A DNA stretch of 64,000 nt from Octopus sinensis (Eukaryota), in contig NC_043012.1 in NCBI RefSeq assembly GCF_006345805.1, positions 14,508,001-14,572,000 of the forward strand. Reading direction: 5' to 3'. This document shows positions 24,540 through 38,384 of the stretch, in pieces (the first letter of the stretch is position 1; every line of letters begins with the position of its first letter). The translations under genes and the position numbers were made by a program. The notes beneath the pieces are model-generated. The model made no database searches, was not told the origin of the DNA, and was given only the letters and a program-made list of their open reading frames with translations.

Positions 24540-24596
<57 letters not shown>

Positions 24597-24624
24597 ATAA
24601 TAATATAATAATAATAATAACAAT

Positions 24625-24962
24625 GGTTTCAAATTTTGCCACAAGGGCAGTGGGGGTGGGGGATAGTCGATTACATTGACGTCAGTGTTTCACTGGTACT
24701 TAATTTATCGACCTCCGAAAGGATGAAAGGCGAAGTATGTATATATACACACACGGAGAGCTTCTTTAGTTTCTTATTTCTTTATTGCCTACAAGGAGCT
24801 AAACATAGAGGGGACAAACAAGGACAGACAAACGGATTAAGTCCATTACATCGACCCCAGTGCGCAACTGGTACTTAATTTATCGATCCCGAAAGGATGA
24901 AAGGACGAAATACCACTAAGCATTTCGCCCGTCGTGCTAACGTTTTTGCCAGCTCGCCGCCT
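24625..24962 (-). mobile_element. SINE group A, two joined partial copies
   Basis: Same diagnostic blocks as the other group A copies. Confidence 0.85.
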
Positions 24963-25481
24963 TCAGTTCTTTTCACCAAATCCACTCACAAGGTTTTGAT
25001 AGGCCCCAGGCTAGCGTAGAAGACACTTACCCATGGTGTCACGGAGTGGGACTGAACCCAGAACTGTGTGGTTGGAAAACCCTCACCATACAGTTAAAAA
25101 CAAACAAAAAAAAATGTTTGTGCTGTTTTTTGTTCATTTTTTTTTAACAAAAATGGCGCAATTTTGATCATTTTTTTTTTTCTTTTAATCTGTGGAATTA
25201 TTTGTCTACACAAGACAATACACTCTTAACCACCCACACAACCAGGCGGGTTTCTCTCTTCTCTTCTGGATCTGCTGATTTTTCCAATAGATTTAGTACT
25301 AAATTTCTGTGCATATGTACATACAGTATTCGTACAAGTATATATGAAGGCGTGTACGTACCCATGCCAACATAATCCGTTATGTAATGATAGCAATGAT
25401 TTTATCTAAACACTACTAGTAGAAAATTACTTTCCTGATTTCCTTCTGCAGTTTCTATTCTCATATCATTATTATCCTTAC

Positions 25482-25539
<58 letters not shown>

Positions 25540-25901
25540 ACTATTAGTAATAGTAGTAGTATTTTAGCCCTTAATTTCCCTTTTCTTATTTTATCTATTT
25601 TGTTGGGTTTTATTTTTTTGCTTTTACATTTCTTGCTTCTCTAATTTCCTAATTACCTTAATAATAAAGCGAAATAATTTAATTCTATTTATTAAGACGT
25701 GCCTTGCAAATCTCAACATGCAAAGAACAGGAAGTCTGTATATTTTTTAATATTCTAACTCCAGTTGCAAATTGGCTTTAAAATGGTTAATTAATTGCAC
25801 AATGTTGCAAGAAGCTCATATTAGCAATATATGCGTGAGAGGATATTAATGTGTATGTATGCATACATGTAGTTGTCTGTGTACATATGTTATATAATTT
25901 C

Positions 25902-25950
<49 letters not shown>

Positions 25951-26038
25951 GGGAGAATTCACAAAAAGATAAAAAATGAAGACAGGTGGTGTAGACAACA
26001 AACAGATGTATTAGTATAACGCTCGGAAGTGTAAAAGT

Positions 26039-26074
26039 CTTTAACGTTTCGAGCTTACGCACTTCCACAGAAAG
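26039..26074 (-). ncRNA. Hammerhead-like motif with variant core CUGUGGA
   Basis: CUUU-CUGUGGA-A-GUGC(GUAA)GCUC-GAAA-CG-UU-AAAG. Confidence 0.45.
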
Positions 26075-26178
26075 GAACACAGAAAGAAACAAGGAGAGAA
26101 AATAATGAATGTGTAGTGGCTAGTGATCTATGCATATACTCGCATGCACATCCTCCATCCACACACATATACATATAT

Positions 26179-26253
<75 letters not shown>

Positions 26254-26304
26254 TGTGCCTGTATACATATATATGTGTGTGTATATATATATATATATAT
26301 ATTT

Positions 26305-26630
26305 AAAAAGACTCCGCCGGTTACGACGACGAGGGTCCCAGCTGATACGATCAACGGAACAGCTTGCTCGTGAAATTAACGTGCAAATGGCTGAGCATTC
26401 CACAGACACGTGTACCCTTAACGTAGTTCTCGGGGATAATCAGCGTGACACAGAGAGTGACAAGGCTGACCCTTTGAAGTACAAGTACAACTCATTTTTG
26501 CCAGCTGAGTGGACTGGAGCAACGTGAAATAAAGTGTCTTGCTCAAGGACACAACGCGTCGCCGGGAATCGAACTCACAACCTTACGATCAGGAGCCGAA
26601 TGCCCTAACCACTAAGCCACGCGCCCTCAC
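26305..26630 (-). mobile_element. tRNA-derived SINE group C variant
   Basis: Head TGGCTTAGTGGTTAGGGC...GAGTTCGATTCC. Partial copies at 19760-19860 and 20095-20195. Confidence 0.8.
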
Positions 26631-26756
26631 CATATATATATTTATATATCTAATGAAGGATAAAATTTTTTTCGAAAAAAATATATTCCTTTTCAAAAAA
26701 AATTTTATCAATGGCCAGCATATCAAAAAATACCTTTAAAGGTTAAATCTATAAAC

Positions 26757-27006
26757 AATTCATAATTAAGGGCAAACGAAAAATTTCTAATGCCAGATAT
26801 GCCGAAAAATTGGACATATTGTCCATTAACCATATAATTTTTTCACAATATGCACGCTACTCGAAAATGTGCACGCTACTCACAATATGCACGCTACTTT
26901 CGAGTAGCGTGCATATTGTGAAAACATTATATGGTTAATGGACAATATGTCCATTTTTCGGCATATCTGGCATTAGAATTTTTTCGTTTGCCCTTAATTA
27001 TGAATT
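26757..27006. mobile_element. Hairpin/MITE-like element with approx. 105-bp inverted arms
   Basis: AATTCATAATTAAGGGC...GCCCTTAATTATGAATT. Three direct copies of (CACAATAT)GCACGCTACT at the centre. Confidence 0.85.
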
Positions 27007-27047
27007 ATATATTTATATATTTATTTATATATATATTTATATATATT

Positions 27048-27129
<82 letters not shown>

Positions 27130-27316
27130 AAACAATATACATGCATATATATATATATATTGTAAAGAAAGCTACCATCGATCACTGATTTGCAAGAAGC
27201 AAAATAGCTAAGCTAGTTGTAAAACCTCAAGAAGAGATCAAAGTAGTGACTACATTAAGAAGTTGAGTCAGCTGCCACATCATAGTGGCTGTTCTATGTT
27301 AGTACTATTTTAATCC

Positions 27317-27800
27317 CAGGCAGATTGTCCGCCAGTCGGTTATCGGTGCGACTCTGCACCCTTTATACGCAATATATATTGTTAGCAAGGGGAGCGAACC
27401 CCTACTAGTAGTACCATGGAACGGCCACTTAGATGTGGCGACCCACTTTACTTTTTAGTATAGTTACTGCTCTGATCTCGTCTTCAGATTTTACAACTAG
27501 CTATTTTTCTCGTTGAAATCATTGACTGATGGTCGCTTTGTTTACAATATATTATTTACTGAAACGTACTCTGGCTTTCACTCTGAGGATGAGGATCCAA
27601 ATAACTCGAAACTGAGTCATTTTCCCAATCTCGTTACCTGCTAAAGGGTGGTAGGGGTTCGCTTTGCCTGCTGACAATATATATTCTGTATAAAGGGTGC
27701 AGAGTTGCACCGATAACCAGTTGGCAGATAATCTGCCAGGGTGTAGACGCGTAGTAACATGGAACAGCCACTTTGATGTAGCGACTGGTTTTACTTTATA
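27317..27800. repeat. Composite inverted plus direct repeat (X-Y...X'-Y)
   Basis: 27317-27405 is the inverse of 27651-27737. 27406-27456 is repeated directly at 27751-27800. Confidence 0.7.
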
Positions 27801-28049
27801 TATATATATAATTATATATGTATATCTATTTATATACATATATGCACATACAAATAAACCTGAATATATATATTTTTTTTTTTCACTTGTGGTTGTGTGT
27901 TAATATATATATATATAGATAGATAGATAGATAGATATACATAATACATATATACATACATATATATATATATAAATATATATAAATATATACATATATA
28001 TATACATATATATATGCATACATATATATACATATATATATATATATAT

Positions 28050-28087
<38 letters not shown>

Positions 28088-28363
28088 CAAATATGTATGT
28101 ACATATATAAATACAAATATATATACATATATACATACACACATATATAATTATACGTACTATTAAGTTAGACATGGCCTGGGCCAATACTGGCCAAAAC
28201 CTTTCTAAGTTATTCTAAGTTATATATACATATATATATACATATATATATATCGTGAAGTATATTTGCCATTTCAATATATTTGCGATGTGTTACCGCT
28301 ACTGTATATAACTCACTTTGATATTTATCATTGTCATATATATATAAATATATATATACACAC

Positions 28364-28446
<83 letters not shown>

Positions 28447-28556
28447 GAAACAGACTGAGAGATTGTTTGGAGTTTTATTTTCCCTTTCAATTTGCTTTTT
28501 CTATTCTATTATACAGGAAGATGTATTAATTCACTAATTTTTCACTTGTTTTATAG

Positions 28557-28809
28557 ATTATTTCATATAATGTGGTGGAACCTCAGCTTAAAACCCAAGC
28601 GTCTTTAATTATTAACGTGACAGATGTTAATGATAACGCTCCCGTGTTCAAGGGACGGATGGAATTCTACTCACATCCTTCTGCACCTGTTAATTCAACG
28701 CTGGGGAAAGTTGCTGCAAAAGATAATGATTATTCGTCAATTAATAATCAAATCGACTACTTTTTACTGAACGGAAGTTTTGATAAGTTTACCGTCGATA
28801 AAAAGTCAG
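28557..28809 (+). CDS. Cadherin gene, exon type B (IISYNVVEPQ...DVNDNAPVF...AAKDND...FTVDKKSG), phase 0-1
   Basis: Acceptor TTGTTTTATAG|, donor G|GTAAC. DxNDNxPxF and AxDxD motifs. Confidence 0.93.
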
Positions 28810-29894
28810 GTAACTTCTTTTCATATCTTATAAACAGTTGGTAAATTAGGTTGATTCTTCACGAAGAACAGTTCTCAGTATTTTGGGTCTCTTACAGGGA
28901 ATAACGGACTTCTTTGTATTATGGGCATAAGGCCTGAAATTTGGGCGGTAATGGGTTACAGAGAATAATGGACTCCTTTTTATTATGAGCAAAAGGCCTG
29001 AAATTTTGCGGTTAGAGGGCCACCACAGTACTTGGCTCGTACATTTTTCATCGAATTTCTTTTATTTCCTATTTTAGGAATTTTATTCATACCAGCCTTT
29101 GACTTTTTTCTGTCCAAAAGAATCTTCAACCCACAATTTACATACTATTATTTACAGCATTTTGCGCTTCAAGACACACAGTTCCAAAAGATTATTACTT
29201 CAGTTCTCTTGAAAGCTTATGAATTCTCATTACGTTTAAAATCTATAATTCCTAAAATTATCTTTAATGAATAATCTAAGAAACATTTTTCTGGATTGTT
29301 CTAATTCGTATTAAAATTTCATCATTAACTCTGTCAAATCACAGTAACTCTGGACTTTCTAGACATTTTGGTTCTTTTGGGTAATACTTCTAACTATAAA
29401 ATTTTGTTAATTCTGCTTATGACTTACTTTAGTTACGGATACATTTTGTATTTTTTGAGTAATAACGGATGTGTTTCAGAGGAATTAAGAAGCCGTCGCA
29501 CACAAATACTTTTCAATGTTGTTGTCTTAAAAATTGATATCAACAAATGTAAATTTAACGTTGTACATGAATTTTACATAAATACGTTGATATGATGCGC
29601 TGAATGAAGTAGGAAAATATCCCAAATTGAACGAAACTTCCCTCTTAATTCCACCATCATCAACCTCTGAACATTACTGCATTCAGTCTTCTGTCTCGGA
29701 GCACCGGTTACTCGGTTTCCATGGCGTATAAGTAACCGACATCATAACATTCTTTCTGAACGGGAAGACTATCCATCGTAGGTCTACTCATTTACATGGA
29801 CTGGGTTATTGTGAAATGAAGTATTTTACTCAAGAGCACAACACAACATCCGGTTAGTGAAATGAAACCATGATCTTCCGATCGTCTGTGCAAT

Positions 29895-30130
29895 ACCTAT
29901 TTCTTCACTACCCACAAGAGGCTAAACACAGAGGGGACAAACACGGACAGACACACGGATTAAGTCGATTATATCGACCCCAGTGCGTAACAGGTACTTA
30001 ATTTATCAACCCCGAAAAGATGAAAGGCAAAGTCGACCTCGGCGGAATTTGAACTCAGAACGTAACGGCAGACGAAATACGACTACGCATTTCACCCGGC
30101 GCGCTAAAGTTTCTGCCAGCTCGCCGCCTG
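29895..30130 (-). mobile_element. SINE group A, full length
   Basis: Head GGCGGCGAGCTGGCAGAAAC through tail GTGGGTAGTGAAGAAATAGG. Confidence 0.9.
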
Positions 30131-31104
30131 TGCAATACCGCTAATCACTAAGCCAAGTAGTTCTTGTTTTTTTTCCACATTTATCGCTCTTTATTAGAGA
30201 GAGAAAAAACAAAAACTTAGCTTTGTGAGCGACTCTAAAAGAATTGGGAAGATAATATCAAGAAATGTTAGAATTAATCTCCCAAATTTAAATTAACTGC
30301 TTGGAGAAAAATTTAAAGCCTGTGTGCAGACTGCGATAACTATGAACATGTTTCAGCCTATTAGATACTGTGTGGTCTCTTCAAGCCTGCATGATCAATT
30401 GACAATGAAATTCAGATAAAGACAATTTTACAACATACTCCTAACGTCATTTTGGATCCCGGCTTTTTGCATTCTATTATTTCTTTTGCTATAGACTCTA
30501 TTTTCCTATGACGAAGTAAACATTAGTCTTAGAACGTCCACTATTGCTCTTCTGTATTCTCCTATTTTATCTGTTCCGATAGTTCTGTTCGATGAACATC
30601 GAGACTTACAGATTTTGTTTCTCTCATATTTGTTCTGCTTGCTTTTTCCTTGGGAAGTTAACAGTGTTTTCAGCTTATGTCCCATTATATTGTGTACACA
30701 ACTTCTCTAATGTAAAAAACACGAAATGCCATTGACTTCGAGTTTATTTGTAACCTTGCAACTGAACATTTTATAGCAAATATATTCTCTATGCTGATAG
30801 CAACAACCTTTAAATTGCAAAAACATGTTTTATGCGGAATTGTGTGAAGATAACATCTGTTCTCACTTCTAATGCAATATTTCTGTAAATATGAATGTAT
30901 AGTTAAGATGATTGTATTTAAAGACAACTGGTAATTTGCATGAAACACATTAAGTGGATTGTGCAGAGGAGAAGTAAATAATGTATGAAATAGATTCAAC
31001 CAAGCTTCTTTATTCGACTGCCACATTGTGAATTGATCCGTGAAAATGTTTTAATCTTCTTACACTCTGTCGAAGAGTTAATTTGGCCGAGTGAATATAG
31101 TATA

Positions 31105-31575
31105 GGAATACCTATTTCTTTACTACCCACAAGGGGCTAAACACAAAGGAGACAAACAAGGACAGACAGGCGGATTAAGTCGATTATATCGTAACTGGTA
31201 CTTAAGGCGGCGAGCTGGGAGAGACGTTAGCACGCCGGGCGAAATGCGTAGCCGTATTTCGTCTGCCTTCTCGTTCTGAGTTCAAATTCCGCCGAGGTCG
31301 ACTTTGCCTTTCATCCTTTCAGGGTCGATTAAATAAGTACCAGTTACGCACTGGGGTCGATATAATCGACTTCATCTGTTTGTCTGTCCTTGCTTGTCCT
31401 CTCTGTGTTTAGCCCCTTGTGGGTAGTAAAGAAATAGGTACTTAATTTATCGACCCCGAAAGGATGAAAGGCAAAGTCGACCTCGGCGGAATTTGAACTC
31501 AGAACGTAGCGGCAGACGAAATACCGCTAAGTATTTCGCCCGGCGTGCTAACGTTTCTGCCAGCTCGCCGCCTTG
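31105..31575. mobile_element. SINE group A (+, 31205-31440) nested inverted inside another group A copy (-)
   Basis: Order is - tail, + full copy, - head. GGTACTTA occurs at both junctions. Confidence 0.85.
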
Positions 31576-32239
31576 ATTAGTTAATATATTAACGCTTTCC
31601 TGATAACACCCGCACATTGCTTTAGCCAAGTATTGTTCGGAGTTTTGTGTCTTCCTAAAATTAATCTGAAATTTAAGTTATTACTTTGTCTTTTGCCTGA
31701 TGTTTAAAATTTGATTCCACTTCATTCTCGATTCCAGTTTCATTTAGATATACTTTGTGTATATTGTACAAGTGTTTTATTAGAATACTGTGGCTCTTGT
31801 GAATGGCTGATAATTTTCTTTCGTTTATTTTGAAGATTAGTTCTGGCTCGCATGTCATTGATCCACCTTCATAAAAGATAAAGACTCTTCCTAAAGAGAA
31901 GAATTTGCTTTCTTTGTAGGGGTGCACTCCAACTCACAGTTTTTAACTTTTCAATAACAGGATGTGTTCCGTTGAGTCACTTTCGTTCGTTTTTTTTTTT
32001 TTTCTAATCAAAGAAGTTTGCTCTTTCCTCATCGACCTCTGTCTGGTTCTCATTTTCATAAGTTTATGGACTAGTGATACTAATGATGCCTTGGGTTTGT
32101 ACTTCCTGGCTTGAACTGGCCTAGTAGTTTTCGTATTAACTGTTGTTGTATGCTGTGGTGATTCTCTTTGTCTTCGCCGATTGTAGCCTAAGAAAATGTT
32201 TTGTGATTCCATAACACATTCCTGATAATAACGACAGTG

Positions 32240-32700
32240 CTCCCACGGCGTGCGTCTCAAATAGCCTCTGACAGTCAAGTCCAACTCCTGGCCTTCCCGC
32301 GGCGAAACTGTTCCCACTGACAGGAGAAGGGCAAGGCGAGTCACTGGCGCCTTAAAACCAGTACTTCGGGTAGTTGGGACTCGATAGCCTTGACTGGCAG
32401 CCCAACTAGGAGAGGGAAACTCCATTTCAAACCTCCTGGGAAAGGCTAAGGGAGTAAACCCCGACAGAAAATCCGGAGCTGGAGTCCCTAAGGCGGCCTG
32501 ATACAACACGTTATCACCGGCAACTCCTGCGACGCATCTGGTACCAAGCTGTATCGACCTGTCGTTCCCTTGGAGCTACCAGCTGCGTGGAGAGGGGGGA
32601 TCAAACTGCATGGGAAACAGCTGATCCCTCTTACAAACCTGCCTAGGCCTTGTAGCTCTCTGGAGACGGACGGATGCCAACGACGACGAATCTCATTCGT
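32240..32700 (+). mobile_element. GC-rich repeat resembling an RTE-clade LINE 5' UTR
   Basis: Recognised from recall only. Segment 32525-32650 is homologous to the body of the SINE at 59895-60020. The ORF 31943-32509 (-) has no domain signature. Confidence 0.5.
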
Positions 32701-33552
32701 CGAGTCACTGGATGTGTGTGGCCACGCCCTTGAACCGAGAGCCGTCATACATTTTTGAATTTGTTCGTTTGAAATGTTTGTGCAGAAAACTTTTAGCTGA
32801 GCTTTAAGGTTTTCCTCTCAGCACCTTCGACATAACATAGTTATAATATTGTTTTGTATGTCCCCGAAGATCCCATCCTACTATATATATCGCCAAAATT
32901 ACATCTGCACTTAAAATATTGCACCACGAAGGTAATTACTAACCAGAGACCGAAATCATCACTGATGTGTGAAGGTAACCTATGTGTTGCTCCTTCCCAA
33001 ATACTGCGGGGCCAGTTTATAGGCAGGTGTATTGCGCACTATCTGATATATTCCCGCCTTGTCTATTTTAAAGATGTCACATTTAGTACCATATGCCTTC
33101 CCTGTTCCAGTGTAAAATTATTCAGTTATTACATCTTCCAGGATTGTTCTTAATTCGTGTTTGCTTTGGACAAATAAACCTGCTATGTACTCAGCGAGTG
33201 CATTGCAAGTTTACTTCTCACGGTCCTCTATGATTAATTATGAAAGGCTGGCTCTAGTTCACTAAATTTTGCCTGAGTTGTGATATTTCAGGTGTGGTGC
33301 AATATTTTCCAGTTGGACAAAACACTAAAATCGAACTGATCTGTGCATGCTATTGCTATTGTTTTCGACAAGATTTCTATTCGTGTAAGTTAAATTATCT
33401 ATATTTATTTTCACATATTGTATATAATCTATTACGGAGATGTACTTGCATAGCGAGTGACTTGATCTGAGATCTTGTGCTGGAACGAAAACAATTGCAG
33501 AGCGTGGAAGGGGTTTATAAGCCATTTAAGAAACACACAAGAACCGTTAGAT

Positions 33553-33652
33553 NNNNNNNNNNNNNNNNNNNNNNNNNNNNNNNNNNNNNNNNNNNNNNNN
33601 NNNNNNNNNNNNNNNNNNNNNNNNNNNNNNNNNNNNNNNNNNNNNNNNNNNN
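33553..33652. other. Assembly gap (100 N)
   Basis: Run of N. Confidence 1.
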
Positions 33653-33914
33653 TACCGTGTTTGGCTGTTAAACTGAAATCTACTTGAGGTGATTATCGCT
33701 AAACACCTGTTCTTACACATAAATAAATTATGCATTAAAATCGAACGAAACGACCGAGTCAATCGTTGTCTTACATCTCTTATATTTGTTCACCTTTCAT
33801 AACATAGTCATTACATGATTCTATAAACTTGAATACTTGTACAAGTCAATGGACTGGATTTGCGCGAAACGTAATACGTTAGTCTCTGAAGTCATCGTCC
33901 GTACACACATTTGT
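33653..33914 (+). repeat. Approx. 260-bp near-identical duplicate of 39253-39510
   Basis: Direct alignment with a few substitutions and small indels. Starts exactly at the gap edge. Confidence 0.92.
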
Positions 33915-34057
33915 ACACACATTTGCTCATACAATGATATACCTCCTATGTCGTCGTTAGACATGCTAGAAATAGCAGCGATATCCTTTCAAATTTAACC
34001 CCGTCATCTCAAAACTGTAAAGGACACGTTGAAACATTGAATTATATAGTTCCAGAT

Positions 34058-34290
34058 AGGGCGGCAGCTGGCAGAAACGTTAGCACGCCGGACGAAATGC
34101 TTTGCGGTATTTCGTCTGCCGTTACGTTCTGAGTTCAAATTCTGCCGAGGTCGACTTTGCCTTTCATCCTTTCGGGGTCGATAAATTAAGTACCAGTTAC
34201 GCACTGGGGTCGATGTAATCGACTTAATCGGTTTGTCTGTCCTTGTTTGTCCCCTCTGTGTTTGGCCCCCTGTGGGTAGTAAAGAAATAT
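34058..34290 (+). mobile_element. SINE group A, full length
   Basis: Direct match to the family sequence. Confidence 0.9.
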
Positions 34291-34446
34291 ATATAGTTCG
34301 AGATCCAACATAGTCTGAAATAAAAGATATCATGCCTTTTATTTTCTGTCTGGTTATTTAGGCATGACCTTTATGTTAAAGAAATGCAATAACCATGTTT
34401 TCCTCACTTAAAGCCACACCACTCTTTTTGTACCTAATATTTATTT

Positions 34447-34767
34447 ATGCGGTTTTCACCATAAGATTCCGCTCACGGAGCTCTTTTATATACACTTTAC
34501 TTTTATAGTTTTCTTTAACAGTAGTTGCGTTACTTAATATGATTCCTCTCATAAAGCTCTTTAATATACACATTACTTTTGTACGCCTTTCTTTAACAAT
34601 AGCTGAGATATTTTCATTCTGGGAATTACCATTATTTCGGGACAACTTTTTTCTGTATCAAATATTTATTGATGCGGTTTTCACCATAAGATTCCTCTCT
34701 CAGAACTCTTTAATATTAACAGTACTTTTGTACATTATTCTTTAATAGTGGCTGAGATATTTTCATT
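34447..34767 (+). repeat. Three diverged approx. 85-95-bp tandem units
   Basis: Recurrent GATTCC(T/G)CTCA..GCTCTTT.ATAT...TACTTTT...TCTTTAA block. Confidence 0.65.
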
Positions 34768-35436
34768 GAAGGAGCTACTTATCGTTCTTTTGTTACTTAA
34801 ACTCATAGAAATTTTTGTATAAAGTATTTTGATTCCTTTGCAATAGCAAGAACTCCATCTTGCTCTTGCACCCCTCCTTCACTAATATCACTGATCCATA
34901 GGTCGGATTGTTTGACAATTCTAAACTGTTCACAATGGTTATTATCCTCAGCAATCTTCGTTCCAAATTGACATCTCAACTCAGCAAATACACCGAAGAT
35001 TTTCTTGATCAGAGCTAACCTGGAGCTCAAAAAGAATTAAACAAAGCAGACACATACGAACCGACGAGATATCCTTTACATGACGACTTGACCTGCTAAG
35101 AAAAATAACTATATCCCCCTCAAACCATCTCCCGTCTTAAATATAGGAAGAACACGTTAGATAATGTAGTCCTAGATACTTTAAATAAACGGGATGGTCA
35201 CGGATGGAATACCTTTAATCCTAGATCTACTGGATGCGGGTTAACCAGGGAGTAAACGGACAACTACAACAACTATACTACTGCATTCACACACACGTAC
35301 ATACACACCTCACACATAGACACAAGCACGCATACATATACCAGCACACACATACACACACGCATACAGCAACACACACACACTCACACATCTCAAAACA
35401 TTTAATCTAACAACCAATTTCTATTTTATTCTGCAG

Positions 35437-35724
35437 GAGAGATTCTAATATCAGACGAACTCTCCAGAGAACCGCTTCGTGAAGAATACTCGTTGAATAT
35501 TTTGGCTGAAGATTCTGGAAATCCTAAGAAAAGCAGCCAAGTTCAAGTAAAAATCAAAGTCCCTTTGAACAAGCCACCATCCCTTCCAAAGAGACATCAA
35601 TTTGAAGTGGCCGAAAATGTGAGAATTGGCACCATTATTGGATCCATCGAGGCTGAAGACGAAGAAATAGAGACTGGAAGTGATTTTGGTAATAACTTAG
35701 AATATCGTCTGACCAGTGAAACAG
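35437..35724 (+). CDS. Cadherin gene, exon type C (GEILISDELSRE...AEDSGNP...VAENVRIGTIIG...LEYRLTSETG), phase 1-1
   Basis: Acceptor TTTTATTCTGCAG|, donor G|GTAAG. AxDxGxP and xENxxxGT motifs. Phase matches both neighbours. Confidence 0.93.
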
Positions 35725-35830
35725 GTAAGGTAACAGTCATGGTGTTATTGTAATTTCGTGGCTTTGTTTCGGTCGTTGTTGCTGTTTAATCTTTGGTTCG
35801 TCTTGGTTAAGTAGATTAATCATCAAAGAA

Positions 35831-36235
35831 TAGGCGCGGGAGTGGCTGTGGGATAATTAGCTTGCTTACCAACCACATGGTTCTGGGTTGAGTCCCACTG
35901 CGTAACACCTTGGGCAAGTGTCTTCTACTATAGCCTCGGGCCGACCAAAGCCTTGTAAGTGGATTTGGTAGACGGAAACTGAAAGAAGCCCGGCGTATAT
36001 ATGTTTATGTATATATATATATGTGTGTGTGTTTGTGTTTGTCCCCCCCCCCCAACATCGCTTGACAACCGATGCTGGCGTGTTCACATCCCCGTAACTT
36101 AGCGGTTCGGCAAAAGAGACCGATAGAATAAATACTAGGCTTACAAAGAATAAGTCCTGGGGTCGATTTGCTCGACTAACGGTGGTGCTCCAGCATGGCC
36201 GCAGTCAAATGACTGAAACAATTAAAAGAGTAAAA
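35831..36235 (+). mobile_element. SINE group B, full length (tRNA head, CORE-like middle, internal microsatellite)
   Basis: TGGCTGTGGGATAATTAG head, CACCTTGGGCAAGTGTCTT middle, (AAAGAGT) tail. Confidence 0.9.
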
Positions 36236-37824
36236 TACAAGACGATCAGTTAATTATGATTTCATTCAACAGATTCCCCCCCTCTCAGGTACCCCTCTCA
36301 GGTTCACACACTTATTGCAGTGGTTCTTCAGTTTTTTCTAACTCCTGTAAAAGAACTGACAAGGTTGGACCTCAAAGCAGGTCATTCGCGATACCTTGAA
36401 AGCCAGGGACTTTTCAGCACCACCCCCTCGTATACAACGGGGATCCACACAGTTTCTATCTACCAATTTCAATAGTAAGGCATTGATCAGGCTGGAGCTA
36501 TAGTAGAAGATACTTACTAGAAGTGCTACACATTGGGACTGAACCCGAAACCAAGTGGCTTCAAAGCGCGCTTCTTAACCACAAAGCCATACCTGTTGAG
36601 TTTTTTTTTTAGGTTTTTTCTTTGCATTTGTTTATCTTCATTATTATTATTATTACTGTTGTTTCATTGTTATTATTACTGTTGTTTCATTGTTATTATT
36701 ACTGTTGTTTCATTGTTATTATTACTGTTGCTTTTGAACTCATTTTTCTTATTTAAAAAAATGCTTTTTATTTCCAAGATTACAAACAAGTTTATTTCTT
36801 TTTTTTTTGTGGCGACCTAACCGCTTATAAGCAACAACTTATATAAAACATTTCAGTGTTATCACCACTGAGCTTTTGTTGATATTCCAGAGGTATTTTC
36901 GATTAAATTTCTGCAATAAACTTTCTTTCTCTTATATATTTTGTACTGAAAGACCAATATTTCAGAAAGTTACCAACAACTTATGTGTCTGTTTAGAATT
37001 TAGTATTCCCAACAGAAATGAAGCTTAGACTGTAATTGAGAACAGACGGAAAAAGTACTGAATAACTAATCACATACTATGTGTCACTAATTCCAGTGAA
37101 ACGGTTGTACATATGCTGGGCCATACTATCAAGCATGTGTCTGTATACATATACACACAACATATATATATGTATATATATAATATATATAAATATATTC
37201 ACATATACATACATATATGTACATACCTACATATATATATGTATATATACATGCATGCATGGGTACAGGACATTCAAAACATGTTGAACACAATGAAAAA
37301 CGAAAACATAAAGACAAAAACATAGAAAACGAACTTTTTTTCGAACAAAGAAAAAAACAAACTGAGGAACGAGACATGCAACATGAAGAATATCCCCCTT
37401 CATCAGTTGTCCCTGTTTCATCTACTCCGCGTTTTGAAGGCAAGGACAATACGCGACTTCGTTGAAACAGTCCTTCCCGTAAAGCAAATTAAATAAAATT
37501 TGGGATTTTTTGCGGAAGGTGAAAATGGTAACAAGAACAGGGCAGTGAGAACAGGACAGTGAGAACAAACGGTGAGGGTTGTAAGTGAAGACGATAGTAA
37601 AATTATTATGAACGCGAGGAGGACGAGCTTATGTGTTGTCTTTAGGAAAGAAATGGACAAAAGATAGATTCCCTTTCGTCACGTGTCAGTGACGAAGGAG
37701 TGAAGGAAAGGGAAACTTGAAGAGGAGAGGAGAAGTATAGAGAAAGGTGGAAGAGAAAACCAGAAAGGATGAAGAACAAGAGGGGGAGAGTGATGTTCTT
37801 GTTACCATTTTCACCCTCTGCAAA

Positions 37825-38184
37825 AAATGTATGTAAGTATGTATGTATGTATGTATGTATGTATGTATGTATATGTATGTTTTATGTATGTATGTATGTA
37901 TGTATGTATGTATGTATTTATGTATGTATGTATGTATGTATCTATTTATGTATGTATGTATTTATGTATGTATGTATGTATTTATGTATGTATGTATGTA
38001 TGTATGTATGTATGTATGTATGTATGTATGTATGTATGTATGTATGTGTGTATGTATGTATGTCTGTATGTATGTATGTCTGTATGTCTGTCTGTATGTA
38101 TGTATGTATGTGTGTATGTATGTATGTATGTATGTATGTATGTATGTATGTCTGTATATATGTATGTATGTATGTATGTATATA

Positions 38185-38242
<58 letters not shown>

Positions 38243-38300
38243 TGTATGTATGTCTGTATGTATGTCTGTATGTATGTCTGTATGTATGTATGTATGTACT
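37825..38300. repeat. (TATG)n microsatellite
   Basis: Visible in sequence; source of the MYVC pseudo-ORFs. Confidence 0.98.
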
Positions 38301-38384
38301 CCATAAGACTACGTGAGAGGGTTATTTAAATTAGATGGGTAAGTTCAATCTACTACTTTTCAATTCATTAATTTATGTTTGTGT

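Noticed and set aside
31943-32509. 188-aa - strand ORF (longest in the track)
   Set aside because: It overlaps GC-rich repeat UTR-like sequence in antisense and has no recognisable domain.
37390-37420. CUGAUGA in the unclassified repeat family as a hammerhead
   Set aside because: No GAAA follows a closable stem II, and there is no NUH/stem I arrangement in any of the three copies.
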